From Octopus vulgaris (Eukaryota), in assembly GCA_951406725.2 (NCBI GenBank), contig OX597834.1, positions 4,836,001 to 4,900,000 on the forward strand: a DNA stretch of 64,000 nt, given 5' to 3'. The first letter of the stretch is position 1. Every line of letters starts with the position of its first letter. Below are positions 40,372 through 53,297 of the stretch, one piece after another. The translations under genes and the position numbers were made by a program. The notes under the pieces are model-generated. The model saw only the letters and a list, made by a program, of their open reading frames with translations, ran no database searches and was not told where the DNA came from.

Positions 40372-40620
40372 GCTAACACGGCAGTCCAGAAAAATAGGAC
40401 GAATGCTACATTGATAAGGGGCAATTACCCTGAAACTAGACTCTAGATGCCAGACCAGCAAGGGAAAGAGGCTGACCCAACCCCTGTTCAAAGGTTATAA
40501 TGGACACAGGTTCGTGTGTCACAGCTAGCTAGAGGTGATGGCCTCTTGGTGATAATCAACGGTAGCATTCGTCCTATTTTTCTGGACTGCTTTGTTAGCT
40601 TGCCGATAACTATTAATATT
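40372..40620 (+). mobile_element. Family H3 element with short inverted terminal copy
   Basis: 40372-40409 is the reverse complement of 40562-40599; core TTGATAA-GGGG/CAATTA/CCCT-GAAAC at 40411-40436. Confidence 0.8.
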
Positions 40621-41801
40621 CAGTACCGCTGCCATATTCTCCTTTAGAGACACTTAGAAATATTAATATTTATAATTCATAAATTTCCTAGAATATATAG
40701 AATTATTGCTTGTAAGTTGCTCAGAGCGAAATCCTTTGTAAACGAGAGAATCCCTCAAATCAAATGTTCTCGTCTCTCTATGACAAAATCTTTCTACTTA
40801 TTTGGAAACCAAAGGAGAGATACATACACGTTTTCATTTTACAGTAGGCGTCATCAATCAACCGTTGCCCTACTTTAATCCGATTGGTGAACCCCTCACC
40901 TTCTAAAAAAGAAAAATACAATTATGGAAAGATATAAAAACTAGCCATTCTTAGTTGTGTAAGTTAGTTTCTTTATGTGCAATTACTGCATATAACAGTC
41001 GTTCTGTTTATATGTTTTGTAGATACATATCTGTTGTTAATGATGGTGATGTTGCTTATGGTGATCTTGATGTTGATGATGATGATGATGTTAGCACTGG
41101 CGATGATGGCGAGGATGACGATAAGTATGATGATAATAAATGTAGCGTTAATATGTTAATGATAATGATAGGGAAAAAGATAGCAAAGCAAAATCAGTAA
41201 AGAAAATCGCAAGGGCCTAAATTGTGTGGATTTTTATATGACAGCCTTTTTGAAAAAGTTTGAGACAAGAACTAAAAAAACTAAAACAGAACAATACAAA
41301 GCAAAACAGAAAGGAAAAATATTTCACAAATAAATAGAAATGTTGAATAGACTTAATTTTTTTTTTGTTATCGTCATAGAAAATTGTAGTTATTATTTCG
41401 ATAAATTTATATCATGTAGAAAACTGAATTAAGTCCTTTTTCATGTCAAAAATCTATCAATCTGTCAAAATATAATAAATTTATATTTGTCGATCTAAAT
41501 ATTCTGCAATTATATAAACAGTAATAATATTATGAATAGAAAAGGTATGGGTTTGCATACATGTAAATATGAAACATGAACGAACATTAATATAAATTGA
41601 TCAACAAACTTTAGAAGAAAATGTGGCCAGGAAAGAAAAGCAGAGAATAATATAATTAAGTGGTACACAGAGATATGCATACACAATCATACACTAGAGC
41701 AGTAGACACACTCCTACCTGTGTGTGTATGCACAAGTAGGTGTGCGTGTAGGTGTGTGTATAGAAGCTTGCATGCACTTATGTATATGTATTTGTATCTA
41801 T

Positions 41802-41858
<57 letters not shown>

Positions 41859-41866
41859 ATACATAT

Positions 41867-41937
<71 letters not shown>

Positions 41938-42019
41938 TAGATAGATATAGATATAGATATATATATATATATAGACATTAGGAATTACTCCATTTCACCT
42001 TGTGCAACCCCACTAAATC

Positions 42020-42253
42020 TGTTCGGTGGCTGCAAAGCTCCTGTTGTATTTGTGGTATAAGTATAATTATTATTTTTTATCATGGTCCATATAGTCATAA
42101 GGCTTCGTGCTGTTATATATGCATAATTCTTTGTCTGTTGTATTCGCCAGTAGTTTAATAACAGTACTGGGGCCTCCAAGATTGAGTGGTCTCAATGATA
42201 ATGACGCGAAACCACTATGATATTTTGGCTCATTTCACGCACAGAAAACGTTT
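42020..42253 (+). repeat. About 235-bp direct repeat, copy 2
   Basis: Nearly identical to 38910-39146. Confidence 0.9.
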
Positions 42254-42259
42254 TACAGC

Positions 42260-43345
42260 TTGGATTAACGATCGAATTCATAGACTTCATCTGCCATCTA
42301 GTTAGGCTAAAATTTCCAGCAAATTGCTTTTTTTAAACTCGTTTAAGGATAAATAAAACAATGGAGCAAATGAAACATTTGTAGCAAATATTGTTGATTT
42401 GATCATTTAAAAAAAAACCAAACAAATCTACGCACTGCGAAGATCCAAGGAGAATCGTCTAGCGCTGATCAAAAAGCTGCAGAAACTTATCCTTACCAAT
42501 TAGAAGATTTTCTCGAAGAAGACGGCGTTATACCGTCTCAAATATTTAATGGGGATGAGACGGGCCTATTTGGAAACGAATGCCTTCCAGGACTTTTATT
42601 GCGAGAGAAGAATCTTCAATGCCAAGATTCAAAGCTGCAAAAGACAGTATAACATCTCTGGGAAAAAATTGTGGAGGAAACTGAAAACGTAAGCCCAAGC
42701 TTAATTATCAATCTGAAAATCCCCTGCTTTAAAAGTAATTGATAAGACAAAACTTCCTGTAATCTGGAAGCATAACAAAAAGCTTGGGTGACAGAAACTC
42801 TATTTGAGGATTTGTTTCCCAATCACTTTTTCCCCCGAAGTAGTAAATTCCTTTCAAGATTCTTTTGGTAATGGATAATGCCCTTCCCCCCCCAGTAATG
42901 CTGCATTTTTAAAGCACCACCATCAAAATATTAATGCTGCTTTTTTACCTCCTAAAGCAACATCTTTATTACAGGTTATGGATCAAGGAGCCACTTCATC
43001 GTTCAAATCTTACTGTCTTCATTTCACCTTTCAAAGAATTATCAGAGTGACTGATAAAGAAAATGGTCCTACGATTCAAGAATTTTGGAAGAGTTTCAAC
43101 ATCCTTGATGCAATAAAATTGATAAAGAAAGCATGGGATAAAATCGCCGTAAAGAACATGAAAGGAATTTGGGAAAATCTCTGCCTGAAATTAAATTGAC
43201 AATTTTTGAAGGATTTGATAATCTTCATGAAGGTCTTCAAAAAGGAACTGACACGATCATAAACATTGCAAAGGAACAGGACTTTGAAATTTCCCCTGAG
43301 GATGTTAGAGAAGTTCTCTATGCTGACGATGATGAAATCACAAGA
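42260..43345 (+). pseudogene. Tigger/pogo (CENP-B-like DDE) transposase remnant
   Basis: QIFNGDETGL, WKRMPSRTFI, MDNA, FLPPKATSLLQVMDQG, FWKSFNILDAI motifs with frameshifts. Confidence 0.88.
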
Positions 43346-43483
43346 AGAGGAAGAAGGAAAAGAAGAAGAAGAAGAAAAAGAAGAAGAAGAAGAAAAAGAA
43401 GAAGAAGAAGAAGAAGAAGAAGAAGAAGAAGAAGAAGAAGAAGAAGAAGAAGAAGAAGAAGAAGAAAAAGAAGAAGAAGAAGA
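43345..43483. repeat. (GAA)n microsatellite
   Basis: Direct reading. Confidence 0.95.
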
Positions 43484-44025
43484 ATCGCCTGAAAGATGCT
43501 TCTCTGCAAAAAAGCTAAACGAAGCATATATATATACACTTGTTAGGTTCGCCCTTCCTATCTGTGAAGATGACCAGGTTTGTAGGCCATGGGGTGGTGT
43601 ATGAATCCAATTTTGCATAAAATCGCCGTCTAAAATAGGGGCATGTAATAGCCGAGTCAAGATCCAGTGGCGATCTTGATTTTCATGCAGCCCTTGACTC
43701 ATCAGCTTTTCTGGTCAGATCTGATGCAGAGTGCTGTCTTCCGGGGTACACAGTGCTTCGTCGCTGTCAGTGGTCCTGTACAGAATGTACCCCAAATACC
43801 CTGCTGTAAGTAGCACATTTTCAAAGAGGTTTTCAGTGTTTTTCTATCTTTTTTTTTTATCTATCACGTGACCGAGAGCCAACTCTAGTTTACCAGACAA
43901 GATATGATGGGGGGTCTGGAGTCGAGCATATGCACTTCATCTCCACTCCAGCATGGCTGAAATTTGCTTAGGAAAACATAAAAATATATACTAGACACAC
44001 ACACACATACAGACACACAAGCACG

Positions 44026-44079
<54 letters not shown>

Positions 44080-44659
44080 TATGTATCAATCTATATCTAC
44101 ACACACACGCACACACACACACAAATATGCACACCCCAAACATATATATATAAAATATATGTAATTCTCTTGATGCACATGAAAATCTATCAATAAATTT
44201 TAATTTGCTAGTTTGCATTCGAATTTGATACTACTTTCGGTCTTTCAAATTGCTATCAGTTTCTAAATATTGTTAACTTTCCAGACATAATTCAAAATTT
44301 TAATATTGTTTACTCAGAATAAATATGAATTCGACATATCTAAGCTTGTTTATTTACATAATTCTTGTTTCTTTTATATCTTTCTTTTGTCAATACATTT
44401 GTAAGTTTTAGAATATAAATTGAAAATTTTTTATTGTTATTTTCCATGGCGTTCTCTCTTCTAGAACATTTTTCTAGTTCCTCATTTCTTCTTGAAGTAC
44501 TCCACATTCTAATGGTATTCCTACATGCTATTTCAAGCACTTTCACCTATTTCTTGATAACGTTGATGATGATCGACATTCTTAATTGCTTTCTCACCAC
44601 ATTCCATTTAATTAATCTTATTTTTGCCTTGTCCATTATGTAGGTATCTTCTAGAATGT

Positions 44660-45108
44660 TTCTTCTTCTTCTTCTTCTTCTTCTTCTTCTTCTTCTTCTT
44701 CTTCTTCTTCTTCTTCTTCTTCTTCTTCTTCTCCTCCTCCTCCTCCTTCTTCTTCTTCTTCTTCTTCTTCTTCTTCTTCTCCTCCTCCTCCTCTTCTTCT
44801 TCTTCTTCTTCTTCTTCCTCTCCTCCTTCTTCTTCTTCTTCTTCTTCTCCTCCTCCTTCTTCTTCTACTTCTCTCCTCCACCTTCTTCTTCTTATTATTA
44901 TTCTTCTTCTTCTCCTCCTCCTCCCCCTCCTCCTCCTTCTTCTTCTTCTTCTTCTTCTCCTCCCCCTTCTTCTTCTTCTTCTTCTTCTTCTTCTTCTTCT
45001 TCTTCTTCTTCTTCTCCTCCTCCTCCTTCTTCTTTTCCTCCTCCTCCTCCTCCTCCTCCTCCTCCTCCTTCTTCTTCTTCTTCTTCTTCTTCTTCTTCTT
45101 CTTCTTCT
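44660..45108. repeat. (TTC)/(TCC)n polypyrimidine tract, about 450 bp
   Basis: Direct reading. Confidence 0.95.
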
Positions 45109-45691
45109 ATTCATTTTCAGATCAAACAATCGTTTCGAAAATTTTAATGAATAATTTGAGGAGTCATCTCCATACTTGAAACCATAACTCTACAGAAGGC
45201 ACCGATACAAATCGAAATATAAAAAAAAAACTACAACTGCTTCCCTTCTACACATTATCAGTCATACCGTTTATGTCTATTACCTTAGAGGAATTGCAAA
45301 TTTTAATGCGAGCTATGCTGCGGTCAGAAATTTTATCCAATTTCTTCACTTCTCTCAGGGACACTTCAAATATCATTGCTGCTCGGCCTTATCGTCTGAC
45401 TAAACAAAAGTGTTATATTTACAGCATTTGTTTCATTCATTTGTTTCAGTCTAAGGCAGCACGCCAGATATATAATTACCTCTCTAACACAACTAATTTA
45501 TAAAACTTATAGGTCAGTAAACAGGATGAATTTTCATCTTTTGTTTTCTTCCATATATTTCAACTCACATTGATACATATTTAATACAGTCAGGAACGAT
45601 CAGCGCGTATTATTTCTGTATCTATGTGGTATTTGTCACACGCGTACGCTCGTAAATATTTATCTTTCTTTACACATAATCCTTATCGATA

Positions 45692-45786
<95 letters not shown>

Positions 45787-45810
45787 ATATTATATTATAT
45801 ATATATATAA

Positions 45811-45886
<76 letters not shown>

Positions 45887-46019
45887 ATGTATATATATAT
45901 ATATGTATATATATATACATACAAGAAAACTACAAATTACAGACATTTTAATCGATCATGATTATCCTCTTTGGTAAAATATTTTCATTCAACCTTGAAC
46001 ACATTCCATCCTAACTATC

Positions 46020-46122
<103 letters not shown>

Positions 46123-46128
46123 ATATAT

Positions 46129-46228
<100 letters not shown>

Positions 46229-46295
46229 TGAATATTGTTATCATAGCGATCTCAAGATATAACTTTGTATTTTGTATTTTATATATATAGTATGT

Positions 46296-46326
<31 letters not shown>

Positions 46327-47477
46327 TACGTGCATGCACATAAATACACAGACAAATACATTTATTCTCTGTATTAATATAAAACATCTTTATCTATTTC
46401 ACATTCCTGTTTTACTCATTCTTCTCTCTTCATTTATTCATTTAAAATTGTTTTCAGCCACATATCGTTCTTTTCTCCGGCATTACATTTGTATGAAATC
46501 AGAATTTCCTTGCGATGATCTTCGGTAAACATTTCCCTTTCACCCTAAACCTCATTGACTATTTAACCCCTCTTTCGATTTTCTCTTTCACTATTACTGC
46601 ATTATGTACGACTTCTCTATTTATTATTGTATCAATCTTGTATTTGTTCTTTGGTTGACTCAATTGCAAACATTCTATTTTATTTTCTCATTTAAGCAAA
46701 AACTACTTCTAAAATGTAACGTCACCGAATTAAGACTTTTAAGTCGAGGATGGTGATGCTGATAATATTTGTAATGTTGAAGATGTTGTTTTTGTTAACG
46801 GGGTTGATGATGATAAAGAAAATGAAGATGCTCATTATGATGTTAATGTGTTGGTGAAAAAAAAATAGAAACAAAAATAAAAACAATATAGTTTTGTTAT
46901 ATTAATAATGGTTTCTAATGTAGGCATAATGCCAGCGTTTTTGAGGGCAAGAGTTTAGATGATATCGTCAACATCAATACTTGACTGGTACTGTATTTTA
47001 TTAACCCCAAAACGATGAAACACAAACACGACCTCGGTGAGATTTGGATGTAGAGACCTGGAAGACAAAGTGATTTTTCCAGAAGATTTGTTTGCTGCAC
47101 TTCTAATTAGGTATACCATCTGATGTCAAGAAAATATCTTGCTTGTCCTGTACCATCAAATATAACAAAGGGAAAGGGACAGGCTAAGATAATTAAATTC
47201 ACAGCTGTGGCTGAGGAACGCAGATCTTAGCGCTTGGATGGACGAATTTTACTACTGTTTTTATGCCAAAAGATCGGAGTGTTTTTATCTAAAACTAACA
47301 AAACTCTGCAGTGAATCAGAATCCATTCATATTTGCAAAACATATGGATGATAGCAAATGAAAAGATACAAAATATACAGATTAATCACAAACCAGTTTC
47401 GTTGTTGGAACTATATACATTTTCAATCTCATGCGGACGTCAAGTGTATATTTCTGCACATTATATTTTGCTATGAC

Positions 47478-47535
47478 GATCACACTGACGAGTTGCGAAC
47501 ATCTATATTAGTGATTACGAAACTAATTTGTGATT
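47478..47535 (+). ncRNA. Minimal hammerhead candidate with CUGACGA core
   Basis: GATCACA-CTGACGA-weak stem II-GAA-ACTAAT-T-TGTGATT; inverted partial copy upstream at 47354-47402. Confidence 0.6.
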
Positions 47536-47737
47536 AATTTATGTATTTTGTATCTTTTCATTTGTCTTGCTCGCTTACGTTCTGGCGTTTGCTAAATATT
47601 CTTGAGAACGTTCCTTTCTTAGTGGTAAGACCATATGGGATCGACTTCTAGCATATGGATGTCCACTTAGTGGTCATCCCTCTTATATGTGTGTGTGTGT
47701 GTGTATATATACATATACATATATATATATATATATG

Positions 47738-47772
<35 letters not shown>

Positions 47773-47789
47773 ACATATATACAGAGAGT

Positions 47790-47843
<54 letters not shown>

Positions 47844-47889
47844 GAGATCACCTATGCTGAATTAGCACAATTGATTTTTATATAGTGAT

Positions 47890-48263
47890 GTTAGTTAGTT
47901 AGTTAGTTAATTTGGCTCAAAAGCAAATAGCAAGGCCATGTAGGGGGACATGGAGTTAAGTACAGGGTGGTGTTCATGTAAAGAGTTCAGGCCACTTGAG
48001 GTCCAGGGAGGCTTTGAACAAAGCGGTCGTCGGCATCTTCACCATCTCGTCTGGCAGCTTGTTCCACGGATCCGCAACCCGGACGGAGAAAGCTCCTCTC
48101 CTTCGATTGAGATGAAATCGTCGCAGGTAGAGCTTTTCGGAATGACCCCGCAGCCGACGCTCCGGAGCAGGAGTGAAGAACAGCTCTTTCGAGAGGTTAC
48201 ACTTCCCGCTTATGATGTTGTGGGCGAGAATGAGATCACCACGGCGGCGGCGTTTTTCAAGAG
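47890..48263 (-). mobile_element. 5'-truncated CR1-type LINE 3' end
   Basis: LEKRRRRGDLILAHNII...LRGHSEKL...FSVRVADPWNKLP...FKASLDLKWPELFT*, then short 3' UTR and (CTAA)n tail. Confidence 0.88.
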
Positions 48264-48337
48264 AATACTTGTCTGCATATTAACCCACCCTCCCGCTGCA
48301 AATACTTGTCTGCATATTAACCCACCCTCCCGCTGCA
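48264..48337. repeat. Perfect 37-bp tandem duplication
   Basis: AATACTTGTCTGCATATTAACCCACCCTCCCGCTGCA twice, at the LINE 5' junction. Confidence 0.92.
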
Positions 48338-48802
48338 AAGCGATACTGCCTAAACGGGTGTATAGTTTGCTGCACGTCGTACGTCGAAGTGACCTCAAAG
48401 CAGCCTGAAATGAATTGACATCTCCACTTTTATGCGATTATTATAAAGCTGAGATCGGACAAATGTGTTTTTACTGCTCCAGAGATGGACTTTATATAAC
48501 AGCTATCGACATTATTTTCAAGACAATTGATAGTATAATAACTTTAGAAACGTATCATTCTAATGTACTTAGAGGTCCCAGTGTGGCCGCAATATGTTTT
48601 AAGAAGCCAGCTCATGAATGCCAATCGATCAGAAATAATGCAGCTGCCTTGACTATGGATTAACTTCTTGATACTCTTTTTCCTCCGAAGAAACGTTGGT
48701 TTTAATAATAATATACTATCGTTTAATGTACACATACATACATGCATGCGTATATACATATACATATGTATTTATATATATATGTATGTTTATATACATA
48801 TA

Positions 48803-48859
<57 letters not shown>

Positions 48860-49094
48860 AAATTCAGGGTGAATACTTTATAAGTGTAAGCACCTGTATA
48901 TACCAGCTAGTAGCAGAGGTGAGAGGGTATATGCATCAAATGAAATAAAATAAAAAAACATCCTTTGTGTTCTATTTTTTATTTCATTTGATGTATATAT
49001 ATATATATATATATGTATATACACGTATTGATATATGTATGTATATATCTGTGTGTGTATACTGTACATAATATATAAGTATACTTTGTTGTGT

Positions 49095-49437
49095 CTAGGG
49101 AGAATCATCATGCCAGGTCCAGATACTGCAACAGCTTGGGTTTCAGAGGACCACAGCTCTTTAACATCCTCCCTAAATGCCTGAGAGACTTACATGGTGT
49201 GGATGTGGGTTTCTTTAAAACTAAACTGGATCTCTTCTTGTCGGGAGTCCCAGATGAACCTACCTCAGGACAGGAGACACAGATGCAGGCAGCAGCATCG
49301 AACTCCATTGTTGATCAAATACCACGTATCAGAGGTGGATTCACAAATTAGCGTAGCACATTCAGCGGTGGTGCCCCAGCATGGCCGCGGCCTTCGTGCT
49401 AAAACATTTTAAAGGATTTTTTAAGGACTTTAAGGAT
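49095..49437 (+). mobile_element. 5'-truncated CR1/L2-group LINE 3' end
   Basis: NSLGFRGPQLFNILPKCLR...FKTKLDLFLSGVPDEP, stop at 49351, tail of TTT(A)AAGGA repeats. Confidence 0.85.
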
Positions 49438-49643
49438 GCCAATATGATTAACATACAAACTGTATCAATTCCACACATTCATTAAATATCAGATTTTTTG
49501 TCCAAATTCTTTCGTTGCTGTTTTTCATTGTTCTCGGTGACTATCGACTTTATAGATGGGCGCGTTCGTTTGTCCGTTTGAGATTTTGTTGGGTGGGTAT
49601 CTGTGTGCATACCAGCGTGCGTGTGCTTGTGCATGTATGTATG

Positions 49644-49677
<34 letters not shown>

Positions 49678-50152
49678 GAGATCAGATGGCGATGCAAATA
49701 AACAAGTTTAGGATTGATATATAAAATACACGTACGTATACAAATGTAAATAAATACATATATAGGAGTATATACAGAGAGAAAGAAAAACTGAAAATAT
49801 TCAGTAGATGAACATTCCTGTACAAGCATATAGATAATTATCTATTTACAGAACAAATTTACATGAGGTACAAAAAATATAGAAAACAAAGGGGAGAGGG
49901 CATGGTATTTCGGGTTCAACAGCTGTTTCTCGGGGTTTGAAATTACGCATTAGTTTTTATAAGCATTACTATAAAACCAGCCCCCATCTTCAAAGGGGAG
50001 AGATTGGCATACACCAACTCAATTAGGCACTATAGCATTGGTTGGTCTAATTTATATATATATCATATAAATTTCTAAATAAAGAGACATAGCGGTGGTG
50101 GATAGAGTGGTTGTATATAACTTATGACAGTCCCGTACATGTTTAGCCTATA

Positions 50153-50255
50153 ACGCTTCCTGTCGGCTTTGACACGGTGTGAATCTTGGCTGGTGGGGGT
50201 GCTTGCCCCCTCTTCCCATATATACACAAAATGTGTCAAAGCCGACAGGAAGCGT
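50153..50255. repeat. 23-bp perfect inverted repeat (hairpin or MITE-like)
   Basis: ACGCTTCCTGTCGGCTTTGACAC ... GTGTCAAAGCCGACAGGAAGCGT. Confidence 0.85.
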
Positions 50256-50293
50256 ATATATAATTCCCATACGGAGTCATTGGTTGACGTTCA

Positions 50294-50333
<40 letters not shown>

Positions 50334-50716
50334 ATATATATATATATATATATATAAATATATATACACATATATATGATAATAAATATTAGGGAATAAA
50401 TCCAAATTTACAAGGAAAAATCAGATTTAAGATTGAATCAATTTGATAATAAAATATTATATTATAATAAATTAGAGACAAAACCACATTATGCAAATCA
50501 AACAAAGAAAGCGCAATACATAAATATAAATAATTATATGAATGACCAGCGATGTGTAGCAACATTCTTCAGGTGGTTTCTATAGCCTATGGTCGTTTAT
50601 AACTCGTCACGGTGATCACGGTGATATATATATATATATATATATATATTCTATATATATATATTATATAATACGTATATATGTATATATATGATATACA
50701 TACACACAGATGGTAT

Positions 50717-50769
<53 letters not shown>

Positions 50770-50789
50770 CATACGTATGTATATATGAT

Positions 50790-50936
50790 TGTGAATTTCC
50801 ACATCGGCATCCGAAACTCGGAGTTTTATCATGGCTACCGAATAATTGTCACCAATTACATTTACAGATACATTCCTCTATTTACATAATATCGGGGTCT
50901 CTTTCTTTCTTTTGTTATCTTACCGTTTTTATCAAT
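50790..50936 (+). repeat. Microsatellite-associated repeat with a partly inverted relative at 52304-52397
   Basis: GAAACTCGGAGTTTTATCATGGCTACCGAATAA shared in opposite orientation. Confidence 0.7.
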
Positions 50937-50957
50937 ATATATATACATGTACTGTAT

Positions 50958-50993
<36 letters not shown>

Positions 50994-50998
50994 GTATA

Positions 50999-51093
50999 GC
51001 GCAGGAGTGGCTGTAATGTAAGAATCTTGCTTCCAAACCACATGGTTCCCGGTTCAATCTCACTGCGTGTCACCTTGGGCAAGTGCCTTTCTC
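50999..51093 (+). mobile_element. SINE family A head only
   Basis: GCGCAGGAGTGGCTGT...CACCTTGGGCAAGTG. Confidence 0.8.
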
Positions 51094-51449
51094 TATTGGC
51101 AAGAAATCTTGAAATAAAAGTGAACAACGATATACATACATACATCCATTTTTTTCAAGAATACATACGTACATACAAAGATAACTACACATTTCCTTGC
51201 ATTCGTGGGTATACATTTATATACGTATATTATGTACCTACATTCATGCTTGTGTTTAAGTATGAGTATGTGTGTGCGTGTGTGTGTGTGTGTGTGTGCA
51301 AGCATGAATGTATATATCCATATACTTTGAACATTATATATTCATACTCTGTGTGGTCTTTTTCTCGTGTATAATTTTTAAGGCCTACAAATGTACGAAT
51401 ATATGCGGATTTCTATGAGATATTTTTATTAGCCCAATTTCCTACCATT

Positions 51450-51700
51450 TGTTTATTCACATTCGATTTCGTATTTAGTATATGTTTTTTCGAATTTTCG
51501 TCTTGCGACAGTAAGTCTATATATTTGTGCAATCCACTGCGACTGGAAGTCTATATACTCTATAATCCACTGCAATTACGTTTCTCTGTGTTGTTCAATT
51601 TAACTCAAACGTTTGCATTTGTGTCTAGAAAATTAAATGAGACAAACTAGTTCCGAGGCCAATAAATTATTACTCTGATGTAAGTTACTGAATAATTTGG
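51450..51700 (+). repeat. Dispersed repeat, copy 2 (partner at about 29130-29400)
   Basis: See copy 1. Confidence 0.8.
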
Positions 51701-52074
51701 AGTTGGCAATGCTTCGTGCAGCGTCTGATGTTCTGAATTGGTTAATACAGGCGAAGTAATTTAATAAAAAAGTAGAAATCGAAGGTGACAGTGTACAGAC
51801 AATGTAGGTGAAGTATAAAACTCAGTAGATGGGAAAGAAGACGAAGCAGAGACAGGATGAATACGTATAAGATTGGAAGCAGTCAAATAGGAAAACAGAA
51901 AATTAAGCGCTGATTGTACGATGAGAAGATATGCATTATAACATGTTGAATACAGGATAGAGATTCAAAGAAGGAGTGGCAGACGGATCAAAGAGAAGAA
52001 TAAAAGAGGATAAAGAGAGGATGACATGAGGCGGAAGTAAAGGTTAGTAATAAACATTGGGAAGAACTAGGAAA

Positions 52075-52128
<54 letters not shown>

Positions 52129-52259
52129 TCTGGAGGTAATGTGAAACAGCGCGATATATACGTTAGTGTTTGTATTTAATAAGACAGAAAATGAAACTGT
52201 TAAATGTTAGTTCATATCATGATCAAAATTTAGCCGTAGAAAATGATTTAGTCTGCGAG

Positions 52260-52304
<45 letters not shown>

Positions 52305-52447
52305 CTGTAAATGTAATATGTGACAGTTATTCGGTAGCCATGATAAAACTCCGAGTTTCCACCCCGACATCTTTTGTTGTCTTACCATTTCTATCAATAA
52401 ATATATACATATATATATATATATATATATGCACGCACAGACACACA

Positions 52448-52489
<42 letters not shown>

Positions 52490-52859
52490 CACTTCTGTTT
52501 TTAATTAAATTAAGTCTTAGTCTGTGGAATGAACTGATTTTGAACAAAAATACAAAAACCCCGTCGCTTGAATGTTGTTGATAAGACGAGACATGTCTTG
52601 CGTATTTTCACTGTTCCACTTACAAACTGTATTTGTAATGCGCAAAATAAATGCTTGCTTGTGGTTTATATCTTCTTTTTCTGAAAATCCTGTCTTATTG
52701 AGATTGACTCTCAGGCGTTGACTCAAAAACCAAGCGTCCCAATTATTATTGCTATAAATGTGAATTTGTAATCTGGATATAGAAGCTGGAGATTTCCAAG
52801 CAGATGTGTTTACCCTCTTTCTCATTGATTTTTTAAAGAGATATTCACATCAGCTGCTG

Positions 52860-53110
52860 AAGATCACCACCACAGCTGACCTGTATGACGGCACATACAT
52901 TTTCATGCCTGCTCCACATTTACAATTCTGTGCATAGGGAGTTAGTACCTCCATGACATTTTTCGACTGCTTCTAATTACATATGTGATGTCTCTCACAG
53001 AAATGTGACATAATCTGCATTTTTGCTTGCATCTTGAGCTCGTCTCATTTATTTACTAGGTATTTCATAGCAATCTCCTGTCCATGGTTTGCAAATTCAT
53101 AGCCTTCGAA
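52860..53110 (-). pseudogene. Possible decayed MULE-type transposase with SWIM finger
   Basis: NCKCGAG then CRH after a frameshift; many stops. Confidence 0.3.
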
Positions 53111-53151
53111 GAGAGATGCCATGTGTGTATGTATGTATGTATGTTGTAAAA

Positions 53152-53297
53152 ACGCGTGACTTATTGATTAGGGCATTCGGCTCACGATTGTAAGGTTGTG
53201 AGTTCGATTCCCGGCTACGCGTTGTGTCCTTGAGCAAGACACTTTATTTCATGTTACTCCAGTCCACTGTGCAAAAATGAGTAGTACCTGTATTTCA
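53152..53297 (+). mobile_element. CORE-like SINE related to family C
   Basis: GTTCGATTCCC B box and GTCCTTGAGCAAGACACTT. Confidence 0.75.

Noticed and set aside
43650-43710. CTGATGA on the minus strand followed by a stem
   Set aside because: No GAAA after the stem and no stem I, so not a hammerhead
47950-48408. 152-aa plus-strand ORF
   Set aside because: Antisense to the CR1-type LINE ORF2 end
49910-50000. TTGAAGA...GAAACAGCTGTT on the minus strand
   Set aside because: No stem I pairing; too decayed to call
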